The notes under the pieces are model-generated. The model was not told the DNA's origin, searched no databases, and saw only the letters and a program-made list of their open reading frames with translations. From the NCBI GenBank assembly GCA_035084275.1, contig CM068749.1:14260001-14324000 (forward strand): a stretch of DNA of 64,000 bases, written 5' to 3'. This document shows positions 50,690 through 63,982 of this stretch, in pieces (position 1 is the stretch's first letter; each line of letters begins with the position of its first letter). Origin of the DNA: Hydrolagus colliei (Eukaryota). A program made the position numbers and the translations under genes.

Positions 50690-51420
50690 AGAAATGTCTC
50701 ACTGTCAGAATACTGTGAAGGACAGGATCCTATTTACTGTGAAGGACAGGTTGCTATTTTCACATATGCCCTGATGAAACTACCGATGCAAGTAATCATG
50801 TGAGATTGCCACTGATTGTTTGCTATGCTTCTGCTGCAAAGGTGCATGAAAAATTAGTGGAACTGCTAAGTTTACCAGAGAGAAAGCATGGGAAAGACAT
50901 TCACAGTCAGGTTTTGACTGAAAAGATCAGTCTGCCAAAGTTTGTCTCAGCGACAATAGTTCAACCCATGCTTCTGGTTCTTAGTCAGCAAATAAAGGCC
51001 TCAGATATCTGGGCTAACTGCATACTTCACCAGTGCATCCTCTCTCAGCAATAGCAGCAAGAAGGTAGAAGACAGACATCATAAAGACAGTTACAGAGCT
51101 TGTGCAGCACTATACATTTTGCTTTGAGTTCCGAATGGACATTATTTCTTTACAATGCTTGAAGGTGTTCAATCGCAGCCAATTTGCCAATCTGCAGTAA
51201 TATCAGGAATGGATCCTTGTTCAGTTTGTGTAGGGTCTGGTTACTACTATGATAAAAAGATGAAGCTTGTCCCAAACTTACAGATGTGGTGTGCCAAACC
51301 AACCTCACATTGTTCATGGATTTCACAAGGCATCACAGTGATCTTAAAAACAAAACTGCAAAATCTTGAGAAAATAGTTCACAAACAACACATCGAAGAA
51401 GTTGAAAGACCTTGACAGTG
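50690..51420 (+). pseudogene. Fossil hAT (Charlie/Buster/SPIN-type) transposase
   Basis: Motifs in the correct order: QNTVKDRI, CYFHICPDETTDASNHVRL (first catalytic D, cf. FSL.LDESTD), HEKLVELLSL...GKDI, NCILHQ (CxxH) and PKLTD...LTLFMDFTRH..DL..KLQ. Broken by stops and frameshifts. Confidence 0.8.
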
Positions 51421-54400
51421 GCAGACTGAAGTAATTCCCCTTCCTGATAATTCCAAATACTGTACCGTATTGTGCAGATTGTATTGACGTAGACTCCTGA
51501 AGTTTTAATAACACAAGGATTCATATGAGCCATGCTGCTATCTATGTATCTATGCTGCTAGCTCCCCCCACTGGAAAAATCTGATTAAATTTCATTTCCC
51601 CAAACTCTTTAATATTTTTCTTTATTAATTTCAACCTCAGGCTCTAAACTCAGGATCAAGGCTTTGAGGAGCGCTCAAAAATGTTGCATTAACCTGAGCC
51701 TGACTTATATTGTCTTGCATTTCCTTGAGGACTCTAGGGTGAATCTTCTTTGACCCTTATAGACATTCAATTATTTACGTTTCTTCATAAGATATTTTGC
51801 ATTGGTATCTAAACACTCAATCTGCAGGATATGCATTGAAACACAATTAGTACAAATTTGTCACACACAACTACAGCACCATCAGGTTACTAAGTGGGCT
51901 GCAGTTTTTTTTAATATAAAGTAGGAATTGCTACTCCTGTTCTTAAATTCTTATGTTCTGGGTATCTGATGCTCAGAAAACTTATAGTGTTTTCTGTTTC
52001 CAAACTGCAGGAACCTAAATCTAATTTTTCTGACACAAAGAAAAATATAAAACAAAAGATATCCTGACAAATAACGTAGAGGCTTTGTGCAAGATTCATG
52101 GGTTTTTACATTTTGTCACATCCAATGTTTAGAGATGATTTCAGTGTAATAGTTGGTATTGGAGGAAGGTGTGTTGAGTCTCCTCCGTTTTTTGCAACAC
52201 AGGGCTTTCATATTGGATCTAATGTATTGAAATTTAGTTTTCCTCCTTCAATCATGAGCACAATATGCAGTGGCGAAGGAATAACCAATTTTCCCAATAT
52301 TTTCGCATTCAGCCAAATACAAGTCAATCTCTAAGAAAGAAAGTGAATCGTTCTTTTGGATCTACAACATTTCAAAATATGGCAAAACTGCTGAGCACTC
52401 CCTTTCCATTTTTGTCTCAAGTATTAAAGATTCAGGAGCTGTTTTAACTCAGAACTGAGCTAAGGATCTGAACAGAATTAAATCATCTTAGGTGAAAGGA
52501 AGCACATAATTTGTAATACTAATAGGTTTATGGCTGATGTGAGATTCTAATTCATTAGAAACTAATTTAAATTCCCAGCAGATTTTCACTGAATGATAAT
52601 CAGGAGGGTTGGTACTTGGTGAAAGAGTGGGAGAAATCTGGAATGACTGTACTTTGATGCATATATTTCTGGGAAGATCTTAGAACCTAAGGAGCCTGAA
52701 GAAATGCAGTCCCTTACAATCTCCATGGATATCAGCTATTTATCTGTAGGAAGATCCTGAATTGATCCATGAGCCAAATCACATAAACTGTCTGCTTTGT
52801 ATTGATCAACTGGAGTCCACAAGACCACTTTCGTAATCAAAACGGTCAATTGAGGTTCAGTTTTGAATTTCAAATACCTGAGAAGGAGGAGGTGGCTGCC
52901 AAGGAAGACATTTTCTTTAAGCTAAAGTTAGGAAATTTAATGTTTTTTAGAACGTTTCAAATTTATTCATTTGGTTAGAAGTTTTCCAAGCCAACCATTA
53001 TCAAGTTAGGATGTTTCTAAAGGACCACGTATAACAGGGACCAAAGTATCTTTTCTTTTTGTGCACAGTATGTAATATCAGAACACATATCATCACATCA
53101 GTTAGCTTGGAAACAAACTCCCTCTTGAGGGGAGATGTGAATGCAAAACTCAGTTAAGTGCAGTGCACACAGTGAAGGTTCCAATGCTCTGATATCATAG
53201 CTTCAATAATGTCCCCACAGTTTTTACATTACATTGGTAAATAGAGGGTATTTATCCAATGATTGATTGCTCTTTTATAGGTTTTGGAAGTTAGTTTCAG
53301 AATGGAAGTACATCAGCGCTTCAGTGTTATTAGTGCATTATCCTATTTATTCCTTCGCTGATTTCAATTTCCATTTTAAATACATTTTGGAATCAGACCA
53401 TCAAATGATAATTCATAGCACTGATTGTCATTTAAATTTCAACAAAATGAATTTTCTTGCAGCAGGCAGGCAAGGGAAACATTAGTTCATATGGAATAAA
53501 ATCCACAGAAACAATAGAATAAACAAAAACAAATGGCCTGGTTTGACCTTCTATGACTATTTTCATCCAGCAGTGTTTTCTCTAAAACATATCTCGTCAT
53601 TTACTTTGTTTTGTTCTCTTGTAGAACAATTCAGTTTGCCAGTTGATCAAATTGTAAATGAAGAAATTGACAAATAGCTCAATGGAAAAGACATGCAAGA
53701 ACATGACAAAATAGTTACTCTTGGGGAAGAAGATAAAGTAAATATGTCTTACCATTCCAATTGTTTGAGATCTCTGATCTAAAACTGAAATGTGGAGAAC
53801 TCAAATTTGACTAGGCTTTTGGGGAAAATTACCTGTCCTGACCTCCCAAAGCCATCAGAAGCTCTACTGCAACCTTCTCACCATTCTTACTGGACGCCCA
53901 GGGAATTCAAATAAATTTCCTTCTCTTTACACCCCAAGCAAATACTGTAATTTTAATTGACACATTAAAGTGGATAGATATGTAGCTTCCTATTGTCCAC
54001 CAGAGAGAGAAAAAAAACTCCCCTCTTTACATATTTGACAACAAAATGAAAGAATTGACAGTTTCTTCCAAAAGATATCTATCTAGCAATACTGGGGAAT
54101 ATTTGGTTTAGCTTGCAAGATGGTACCTTTCAAATCAATTTATTTGAAAGTACAGTATTAGGATGCCACAGATAGCAATCTCTGAATTACCATATCAGAA
54201 TAAATTTGCCTACAGTGAGGTTACAAATGCTGCGTTTCGACTCAGTTATAAAGGGAATATAAATACCTCCATTGAACAACAAATGTTGAAGCACTTGACA
54301 ATACTAAAGCTGTACATTAATCAGGATAAATATGAGAAGCAGAGTCAGCATGTTTGCATAAGCATTATGTTTGTGTATTCCCATGATATTTAATGGTTAA

Positions 54401-55839
54401 ATATCTTTTTTAAACCGGTATTGATTATTTTTAATCCATATTTTTGTACATATGGGTGACAGAATTGAACATTTAATAAAAATAGGTATTTATTTTAATT
54501 GGATTAATTAGTTATCAGCTGTGAACAGTTAATTTTTTTTGTGCCTCACAAGGCTTCTATCCAAAAACACTGCATTACCATTCCTTCAAAAGACATTACT
54601 TGAAGGACACAGGGCAGAAGCACAAATCTACTTTCCTCCTCTACACTGGAAAAAAAGCCTCCCAGGCAAAGGTTTGAGTTCACCACATTCATTACCTTTT
54701 AATTGCTTCTAAATTGCATTGTGACCTGTCACGTCAATAGCAGACTCTATCGAACAGAAACCATCAAAATTTAGACATTAAGGTTGTTAAAAGCCTTACT
54801 GACACTTATTGGTTTCTGTTGTTAGACTGGACAAAGGACACCAAGCAAAGGACACTTTCAGTTCATGGGCTTGCCAATAATATTATTAATTTGCAACGTA
54901 TATGGATATTTGGTTGGTCAAGCTATGAAAACAAATATGACCCCAACAATCCATTATACAGTAATTGAGCACTGCAAGGTTTACCAAGGATTACTGGTGT
55001 ATATAGAATGTTACAATGCCCTTTTGAATAGATGAGCCCTTTCTGTACGCAAGCAGCTAAATTAAACGTACTGCCCAATGGCACTGGTTAATTTATCACT
55101 GTAATAATGGTTTCTGAAATCAAAACTTGCTCTTGTAACAGGATTTGAGTACAACAGCTAATTCATAAATGTAAGTTTATAGTAAAAAAAATTCTGGTTG
55201 GGCCTCAGAGCCACATGGTACATTAACACTAATTAATTGAGTGCAATGGAGCTGCAGTCAAATCCTCTCAAATTCTATCTATCGCCACTTGTACCTGTGT
55301 GTACCTTCTAATGCTTCAGCAGTCACTTTGGAAACAGTTGGAGCTGACGGCAATCGGCATGTAGTTTAGCAGAAAGCCCTTCATGCCGCCTGGTGATTCA
55401 TACCCTACTCAGTCCTGCATTCATCATATAGCATGATGGTCCAGGATTAATTTAGCATCAAGCAAAATAGCAACTGCAGCATCCCAATCCCACTCCAAGT
55501 GCAGGAAATAAATGTCACAATCTCAGCGTACAACACTGAACCAGTCATCTCATGACGCAGCAGCTCTTCTACTGATTTGTAACCAATGTTGATGGACTTG
55601 TAATGAGTAATGATTCAACAACTGAAAACAATATAATGCATTGTCCAGGAGCTCCACAAAGTACTGTTACTCCCATGCATTTTTCTACAGTGCACTGATC
55701 AACAACTGAATTGTGGAAGAATGATGATAATTGTATTCAGCAATTCTTAATTGTATTCATTACAAGTGTTTAACTGTATTTAAATGGCCAGGCGACCGGT
55801 GTGATGAGAGCCATCCTTTTCATGGCAGATAATGAGATT

Positions 55840-56306
55840 CAGGCTCGACTATGCTAACACCCTGCTTGATGGCCTCCCGAACTCCTCCCTCCTTAACCTG
55901 CAGATCATCCAGAACTCTGCTGCCCGTGTCCTCTCCCACACCAGACTCTGCAACCCTATTCCTGCCCAACTCCACTGGCTTCCCATCACCCAGCGGATTC
56001 AATTCAAGATTCTGGTCCTCATCTTTACCACTCTACCTCTGTGACCTCCTAACCCCCTACAAATCTGTACTCTCCCTCCGCTCAACAGACTCCATGTCCC
56101 CCAAACCAATGGTCACACCATCGGCGAGCGAACCTTCAGCCACTCTGCCCCCAAACTTTCAAATTCCATCCAACAATCCTTCTGCCTCATCCACTCCATA
56201 GGCTTCAAGTCCCACCTCAAGACTCCTCTTCAACCATGCTATTGGTCACCCACCCTCCCCTCCCTTCTCTCCATTCTCCCCGATCCAGATCCCTGCTCGG
56301 GTCTGA
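55840..56306 (+). mobile_element. L2 LINE ORF2 3' fragment
   Basis: RLDYANTLLDGLPNSSLLNLQIIQNSAARVL...LHWLPITQRIQFKIL, then GERTFSHSAPKL and FKSHLKTPL. Confidence 0.9.
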
Positions 56307-57163
56307 AATATTATCAAACATGTGGAGCTAGGTTATACTAGCTGCACATATTTGCGTGCAGCCCAACTTGGGATTTACGTTACACATGTACTATTTTAGA
56401 TTGCCTAGAATTTGACAAATTCTCAATCTTTTAAAATGTTACTTAAATAGAGTGAATCCAAATGCAGGTGCAAGTTCACCATAATTTGAGTATTCGAGCC
56501 TCCTCTGAAGGTTGAATACAAATGTTTATTTGCAGGTTTGTATCAAACATTGTCTGTAAGTGCACTGTAATTTTCCAATTTAAACAGGAGGATGGAATTC
56601 TAATGGATAGGTTTATAAAGTGACAGGAATGAACTCGGTGCAATTTATAACGATCATTTGCGGAATCTCTATATTCTTTCTTCAATTTAAATATTGCTAA
56701 GAAAATAAACGCTGCGCTATCATGACATTCTAATTTAGAGTACTTGTTTACCAACTGATCTGTATTTTAAATACAGTATTAATTCATCAATGTACCATCC
56801 AGTAACACCAGAAACAATTAACTTGAAAGTTACAAACCAGAATTAATAGTAATAACTTCAGTTCAGATAGAGCCAGTTTAAACTTGAAACAAATTGGACC
56901 AATATAAATTCAATAGACGTAAAGTGGGCTGTGCCTGGAATAAGATGACATGTGTCAAGTGAAACTACAAATCCATGAACTTGATGAAAGATTTCTGATA
57001 TTTGTTAACTCTCTAAACCACTGCCAGTACTCATTGTTATACATCACTTGTGCTTACTTGCCATTTGGGCAAAGTAGTTAAGAGATTGCGTTCTGAATTA
57101 CCTATTCCATGTGAAGGGAATATAAGTGTAAGTTGTTGCTGTTGAATGTATTCATAATAATTT

Positions 57164-57250
57164 TTTACCCACAAAATATAGTCAATCCACTTCACAATCC
57201 ATTTTGTGAAGCACTTTGAGATGTCTCAATGACATGATAAGGTGCTACAT
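57164..57250 (+). mobile_element. SINE 3' tail fragment
   Basis: cccacaaaatatagtcaatccacttcac...tgtgaagcactttgagatgtc...aggtgcta. Confidence 0.75.
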
Positions 57251-57492
57251 AATAATAATCCTTGCATTTGATATAGCACTTTTCACATCTTCTAGATGTC
57301 TCAAAGCGCTTCACAGAATATACTTAAAGTGAAATATTTGGATATATAGTCAAAACTCGCACAATTTCCCACAGCAGTGTCCCACAAACAGTTATGGATT
57401 GAAATGATCTATTTTTTTGGGAGAGATTATTAACAGGCATGTGGAGTAAATTATCGCCTAGAACACCAGGAAAAGCTCTCTTCTCTTTCTCA
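57251..57492 (-). mobile_element. Deu SINE 3' half with mixed subfamily features
   Basis: Tail and core as in the 40659 type, then agaacaccaggaaaagctctcttctc of the SacSINE1-like type. Confidence 0.75.
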
Positions 57493-57601
57493 AGGGTTTG
57501 GGAAAATCGAATATTGGACATACACAAGAATACTGTCGGCTCATGAACCACCAATGAAAGTAAGAATGGGAATCAGTTCAAGAAGTTGGATGAATTTGAC
57601 C

Positions 57602-57712
57602 AATAATAATAAGCATTTAACCTGATATAGTGTCTTTCACATTGGGGGATGCCTCAAAGTGATTCACTGGAGTTACAGTAAAGTGTAGTGACTGTGTATT
57701 TTCTAGGTGAAA
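57602..57712 (-). mobile_element. Old SINE 3' tail
   Basis: aataataataagc...gatatagtgtctttcac...ctcaaagtgattcac...gtaaagtgtagtgactgt. Confidence 0.6.
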
Positions 57713-59308
57713 GCTCAGAGGTTTCACTTTTGCATATTCAAATAACTTATCTTGGTTTTTAGCATTTGGCAAAATCATGACAAAATAAGGTGGACCAAAA
57801 ACATGACTGGAGCCTTTTACACAGTGGACTGAACCGTAGAAGATCATCCACTTGAGTCAGGATGCCTCAAGGGAAAATCAATAGTACTTTCCTTTTCTTT
57901 CTATTAGATTACTATTTTTGAGAACAAGATTACAGAACTAAGGAAGGAAACATAGAAAATAAGTATCCAGCATATTTCTGTTTTTAAATTAGTTTATGTC
58001 TAGAGTTTTTAATAACATTATATCCTTTACTGCAGCAAAGCGAAATAATTCAAAATCTATTTATGTATCTCAAAGCACTAGGGACTCTATTGGTAATCTG
58101 CCATAAAATATTTGCAACATTGATTCCGTTAGTAACAATACAAAATACTACTTGGACGAGGTATAGTTGGTACCATAACAGTTGCCACCATGAGCCACTT
58201 CGCTCATTCTTTTCAGCTAAGTCAAATTTTAAGATCTTAATGAAAACAACTGCATCACTTGCCTTATCATGGTCGCCCTGGTTAATTAAAGCATTATGTA
58301 TCTTTTAATATAGCTCATCAACGGTAGGAAATCCCCAGGGAAAAATAGCCCATGGCACTCCCCTAGCAAGACCTTTCTGATGAGGTATAAATCTCTACAT
58401 CAATTGGTTATTGTGTTCTTAGCAGACATTTTGTCTTTATTAGTACAGATTGTAACTTGTATGCCAATGTTTACCTATCATTGAAAGAAACAATGTATGT
58501 ACTTTCACAACACGAGAATTGTTGGAAGCCTTCTAATGTGTTTTGAAGGACTTCATGAAAAGTTTTCAGCTGACTTTAAATCTCAAGGTCAAACAGCAGA
58601 AGGAGGAGAAACACAGGGGAGGTAAATTTCTGCACTTTGACATGCTAATCACTGAGGAGAATGTTTACACATATGATTTTTACACTTGACAAAGCAAGTA
58701 TGCCTGCATTTGATGTGTGGGCTGTGGCTTACAGGACCCAGCAAGGCAGTGAGTCCCAATGGAGATCAAGTCAGCCATGAACCTCAGCATGTAGCACATC
58801 AGAAGCTGCATCAATCATGTAAATAAACTCTCCTACCAAGAAGAGAGAGAATGAAAAGGATTGCTTTATACAATAGCATTCCTTCAACACATACCATTGT
58901 TACATTTACACATCTTAATAAATTAACCATTTACAGTGCTAGATTATCTCCATAATCAATTTTGGTGCTTTATATTTGCAGTAATCTTGTTAAAGGTTCA
59001 CCTCACTGACCATTTAATTCTATTAAGCTCCATATTCAGGAGATGCTATAGAATGGGCATGCAGTTCCTTTGAATCAAATCATATCTATTATTCATCGAT
59101 TCTTCCAAGAGTTGCACAAAACAGCTAGCACCTTGACTAATGTGGCACACTAAATGTATTTGCCAAATAAAAGTGACCAAGTTCAACAGTGAAGGAGCAA
59201 ATGTAGGCTATCCAATTGTTGTTTATTGGATAATTAAGGGTAAATGTTTGGCAGTAAGTAATGGGGGACAAAACAATTACACAATATTTTTTTCCTGTTT
59301 ATTTGTCA

Positions 59309-59641
59309 GTAGTTCCTGTGGCTTAATGGTTAGAGCACTTGTCTTGCAAGGTGGGGAGACCAAGCTGGGGAGAACTGTGTTCGAATCCAGACAGGTCATG
59401 GCGAAACCTTGGGCAAGTTTCCTTACTCCACACGCCTAATAATAATCTGTCTAAAAATATCACCATAATAAAATTGGTCATTTCAATTCACGACTGTTTG
59501 TGGGACACTGCTGTGTGCAATTGGCTGCAGCGATTCGCCCACAAATATACAGTCAATTCACTTTACAGTATATGCTGTGAAGCGCTTTGGGACGTCGGTA
59601 AGATATATAAAATGCAAGGATTATTATTATTAGTAGTAGTA
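59309..59641 (+). mobile_element. Full-length tRNA-derived Deu-domain SINE (same subfamily as 40659)
   Basis: A/B boxes, duplicated (a)gctggggaga motif in the head, Deu core, tail (TTA)n(GTA)n. Confidence 0.95.
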
Positions 59642-60027
59642 CTTGGTGCTACAGAAATTAATATTAATAGTACTAATATTAATATCCATTCTAATGAGAT
59701 ACAGATATATTCAGGCACAATTTGTGGTTCTGATAGTTTAGGAGCCTATTTCTCATAATTTCTGGTTTCTGCTTTGCATTTTAAAATTGTAATTTTGTTC
59801 TTCATACTCTAGGCCTAATGCAGCAGAAGAATGCACATATCTGAGAACGGTAAGATTGGTACAAATGGCGATCTTATGTTCTTTTTTGAATAATTTCATT
59901 ACTCCTTAGATATCATTGATGTACATCAGGAAACCTGAAAATCTGATCCGGTAGAATTTAATTTGTAGTTTCAATATGGTTTGGGAGAAGCATAATTTTC
60001 TCGTATCACGAATCTTTTTAGTAGTGA

Positions 60028-60418
60028 AATAATCCTTACATTTGATATACTGCCTTTCTTTTTAGGAGGACATTTCACAGGATTTAGTATGAAATATTGT
60101 GACAGACACTCAATCTGCACACACCAATGTCCCACAAAAAAAACATGAAGTGAGTGACCATTTTATGTGGAGGATGGTTAGCCAGGACACCAGGAGAAAT
60201 TCCCTTCATTTTTCAAATAGCACCATGGGAACTTTAACTTTAACCACCTGAACAGGCAACGGGAGCTCGGTTTAAAGTATCATCTGAAGGATAACAACTT
60301 GAACAATGCAGCACATCCCCAGCACTGTCAGGCTTGTGAGTTCAAAGTCCCGATGTGGAGCTTGGACCCACAGCTTTCTCACACGAGGGCCCGAGAATGC
60401 TACCAACTGAGGTAGGCT
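60028..60418 (-). mobile_element. Near full-length SacSINE1/AmnSINE1-like Deu SINE
   Basis: Tail, gccaggacaccaggagaaattccc, gcaccatgggaac, ctcggtttaaagtatcatctgaagga, tgcagcac and a tRNA-like head (tgctaccaactgag). Confidence 0.8.
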
Positions 60419-60989
60419 TATACCTAAACAAATAGTGTCACTTTTGAACTATAACACGTATGAACAATCATTCATCTGAGGTTTAGTTTCCCAACCTAAA
60501 ATATAACCACAGTGACTATAACATTATCAAACAAACAGTTAAGCTTATTATTACGGAATCATTGTATTGCAAAAATATATAGAAATCGTATGCTGTTTGG
60601 TCTTTGCTGTAATTTTTGGTGTAATTGAGGGAAGGGAAACACGCATAATTTCTACGCATTCCCATTTTCTGTTTTTCTGCTTGGTTATTTACTGCCACTG
60701 GTAAATTAAGCTATGCACTGAAATGTAATACTGCAAATTTAATAGCTTAGCAACTGGAAGTGAACCACTAAACCACTGTTAATCACTATAATTTATAATA
60801 GGAAGACAATGAATGAAGTCAAAGCCAAACAGAAGCCAGTTTTTAGAGCAGGAACTTTATAACTTTATAAAAACGATCAATTGAAAGGCAAAATGATATT
60901 ATTATTGAGTCCCATTGAACTAATTATCTAGCACTGTTGCCTGTCAAAATACATTGTCTAAGATAAACAAAAATGCTAGTCATAAGATA

Positions 60990-61280
60990 GTTTGGACATT
61001 CTCCTGATGTGAAAAGCACTATACAAATGTAATTTTGTTGTTGTTTGTGAGGGATTAGCAAAGGTGAGATTCCTCTATTCTGTCTGTTATTGAAAGTAGA
61101 CTATGAAAATATTTATGCTCTGCTGTTTCCTTGTCTTTCTTTTAAATATCTTCTAACTATGTCTCACACTAACCCTTCGATCTATTATGGTCGTACTCAC
61201 CTGGTCACTCCCTCTGTTCCTTGGGACATCCTCCAACGTGAAAGGCACTATACAAATGTAATTTTGTTGTTGTTGTTTCA
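60990..61280 (+). mobile_element. Two orphan L2-type 3' tails (60992-61047, 61219-61277)
   Basis: Both end in gcactatacaaatgtaattttgttgttgtt. Confidence 0.75.
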
Positions 61281-62699
61281 CCAAATGCTGGCCTGTTTTT
61301 TATTGCCTCACCCTCTCCATTCTGTGGATCGTAGAAGTCTATGTAATATTATGCTCCAGAGCTCTTTTACCCACCTCACTCTTACCTGAGGTGAAAATTG
61401 TCAGTTTTCTTTGAAAGTGAAATAATTTTTTTTGTAGCTGAAACTCCAATTTTCCTCTGTGTCTAGAATTAGCCCACTGCAGGCTACCTTTTTCCAATGG
61501 AAATAAAATTGCTCTGTATGGATTTAGCATACCAATAATTCTGTTGTATTACAGGATACACTTTGATATTGTGCATGAAAATCTTTCTCTGGTGACTGTA
61601 GGGCTTACTGTTTTTTTTACTACTGCTTAAACAGGAAGGAAAGGAAAAACAATCTGGAAATGATAGTGTATCTGAGCAGGAGATGCTGAATATATTACAT
61701 TAACTGTTGTGAAAAGGAGAATGGAGGACTGGCTGCTCATATATATCTAATACTTTATTGTGTATTAAGGGGATTCGTCAGCAAATTGGAAACTGTAACC
61801 GGCAGTGATTGATGACAGGGAGATGTTTCTGATTCACTGCTCAGATTGTATGATGTGTATTAACATATCACATTCCAAATGAGCCAACAATTTCTGAGAG
61901 AGGTGATGTCTTCTGCGCCCCACTTGTGGGGGACTGAAACACACAAATCAAATTGAATTTGTGTTAAATGCTAAGCTAAAGTAGACCTACATACTAATGG
62001 TTCTGAACAATTGGTGCCTTTGTATTTATTTAAAGCCTAAATATATATATAGATATTTTAAAGCCCTTTTTGAGGGGAAAACAATTATTTTACAAAATTC
62101 TTTCTGTCAGCCCAAATCAGTGGTGTCACTAAGTCATTTAATTGTGTCAAATAAAGTTGCCTTTATCTTGTATCATTTGTTGCTGAGATCACATTTGAAT
62201 GTTCTCCATGTGTGTGCTTAAAATGAATTAGAAAAGTGCATATTCTATTGGATACGTAGGAGGATACATAGGTGGACGTGTAAAGTGTACCCTGATCAAC
62301 CACAACTTTATTGATTCCATATCTTTGAAGAGACAGGCGAACATGTGGTTATGAAATGGATTTAATGTTAAAAAGAATAATTGTAACCTATATAGAAACA
62401 ATCAAGGGATGTTAAAGATGAAGGCTGAAATGCCATTGTAGCCAGCAGTATTGTCATGTGTGGAATGCAATCAGTCAAGAATATTGTGGATTGAATTGTT
62501 AGACTGATAACATAACAGTTCCTACATAAATAGTCTTCAGAACCAGGTAGAACATTTTCTGATCGTTTACCTAATCATACATCTCCTTCACAGATTGTAT
62601 ATTGGAGAATAGATGACGATACAAATTGTATATCTATTATGTTCACAAACAATGAGTCAAATGCAGTTATACTTGGAATTCTGTCCACACATACATGCA

Positions 62700-62717
62700 C
62701 ACACCAGATGGCAGCAC
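62700..62717 (+). promoter_or_regulatory. Possible CTCF site
   Basis: cacaccagatggcagcac vs consensus CCASYAGRKGGCRSY, one mismatch at the first position; motif match only. Confidence 0.3.
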
Positions 62718-63667
62718 TTAGAGCTAAGGAATTATTTTAAATTGTTTTTCTTTCTTCTCCCTCTCCTCCCACAAAGTTTTATTTTTTGTACTTAGTTTGA
62801 AAAAGTTTAATTATGATATTTGCACATAGAATCACACACATATATGCAAATAAACTATCCAGACTCATGCCGCATGCACTTTGTGTTATCAAAATTGATA
62901 ACCTGAGTATATGCACTGGTTAACCTTTCTGTAAGGGTATGTAATTCTACAAAAATGTGGTGTAGTTATAAAGCAAATGTTCTGTAATGTCGAGTATTTA
63001 TTGCATCACTGAAACCTATTGAAATGAAGTACTTCACTGACATGTGATATAATACGAACATCATTTGAGCCCAGTTCTGACAACGCATTTCCTTTTGAAA
63101 ATCACTTTGTTTCATTAAACTATTCTATTACAAATTTACATTATTTTTATTCAGCCCTATCAACTTTATCTATTGCAGTTGATTAATAGAAATTACATAA
63201 CCAGAGCAAATTTATATAAATTATAAACTTGGGAGTAACTTAGCAAAGATAACGCTTAATTTTACCAAAGGATCCGTTTCATTAAATACTAATGTCATCA
63301 AACATTTGCTCCGTATACTTTATCAAGAAATCAGCATCAGGAAGCATAACAGAAGTGACAGAGCATTACAGGTCACCCTAGAGGAGTACTATAACAGAAG
63401 AAAAATTGATTTATAAGTTTCACTGGTTGACCATTCAGCTTTACATTTTAGTGATTCAGGTTTACATTTTAGTAACCTGACAGATTCTGAGAGCTTATCA
63501 TAAAAAGCTTAAATAATGGACAAAAGCCTGTTCCATCCATTTGTTTCATATGACAGCCACAAGCTTGTCTGACCATTCAAATGGTGTACGTGAGTTATTG
63601 AGGAAGCCCTTTCCTGAATAAATCAACCGTATAAATCCAGAGGATTGATGTCTCAAAGCATTTTATA

Positions 63668-63713
63668 ATAATTACTGTTAAGTGTAGACAATAATTACTT
63701 TTAAGTGTAGACA
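63668..63713. repeat. 23-bp tandem duplication
   Basis: ataattactgttaagtgtagaca / ataattacttttaagtgtagaca. Confidence 0.85.
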
Positions 63714-63839
63714 GTAAGGTCCCACATCCATAAGATGAATGAATGATTTAATTGGTTCTGAACACTATAACAATTCCCTTCTCTTTTTTGAATATTGTTG
63801 CAGGATCTGTAATGCCCGTTTCAAGCAATAGATTTAATT

Positions 63840-63982
63840 TTTACAGGTTAGCCAAAGGACAACACCTCTGATAATGCAACAGTCCTTTTACACTGCATTG
63901 AAAGTCAGCATGATCTACGTATCTAACTTGATCCCACAACTTTCTGGCCCAAAGATGAGCATGCTACCAACTAAGCCAAGCC
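63840..63982 (-). mobile_element. SacSINE1-like 5' fragment
   Basis: aaaggacaacacctctgataatgcaac...cccacaactttctg...tgctaccaactaagcc parallels 60285-60418. Confidence 0.6.
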
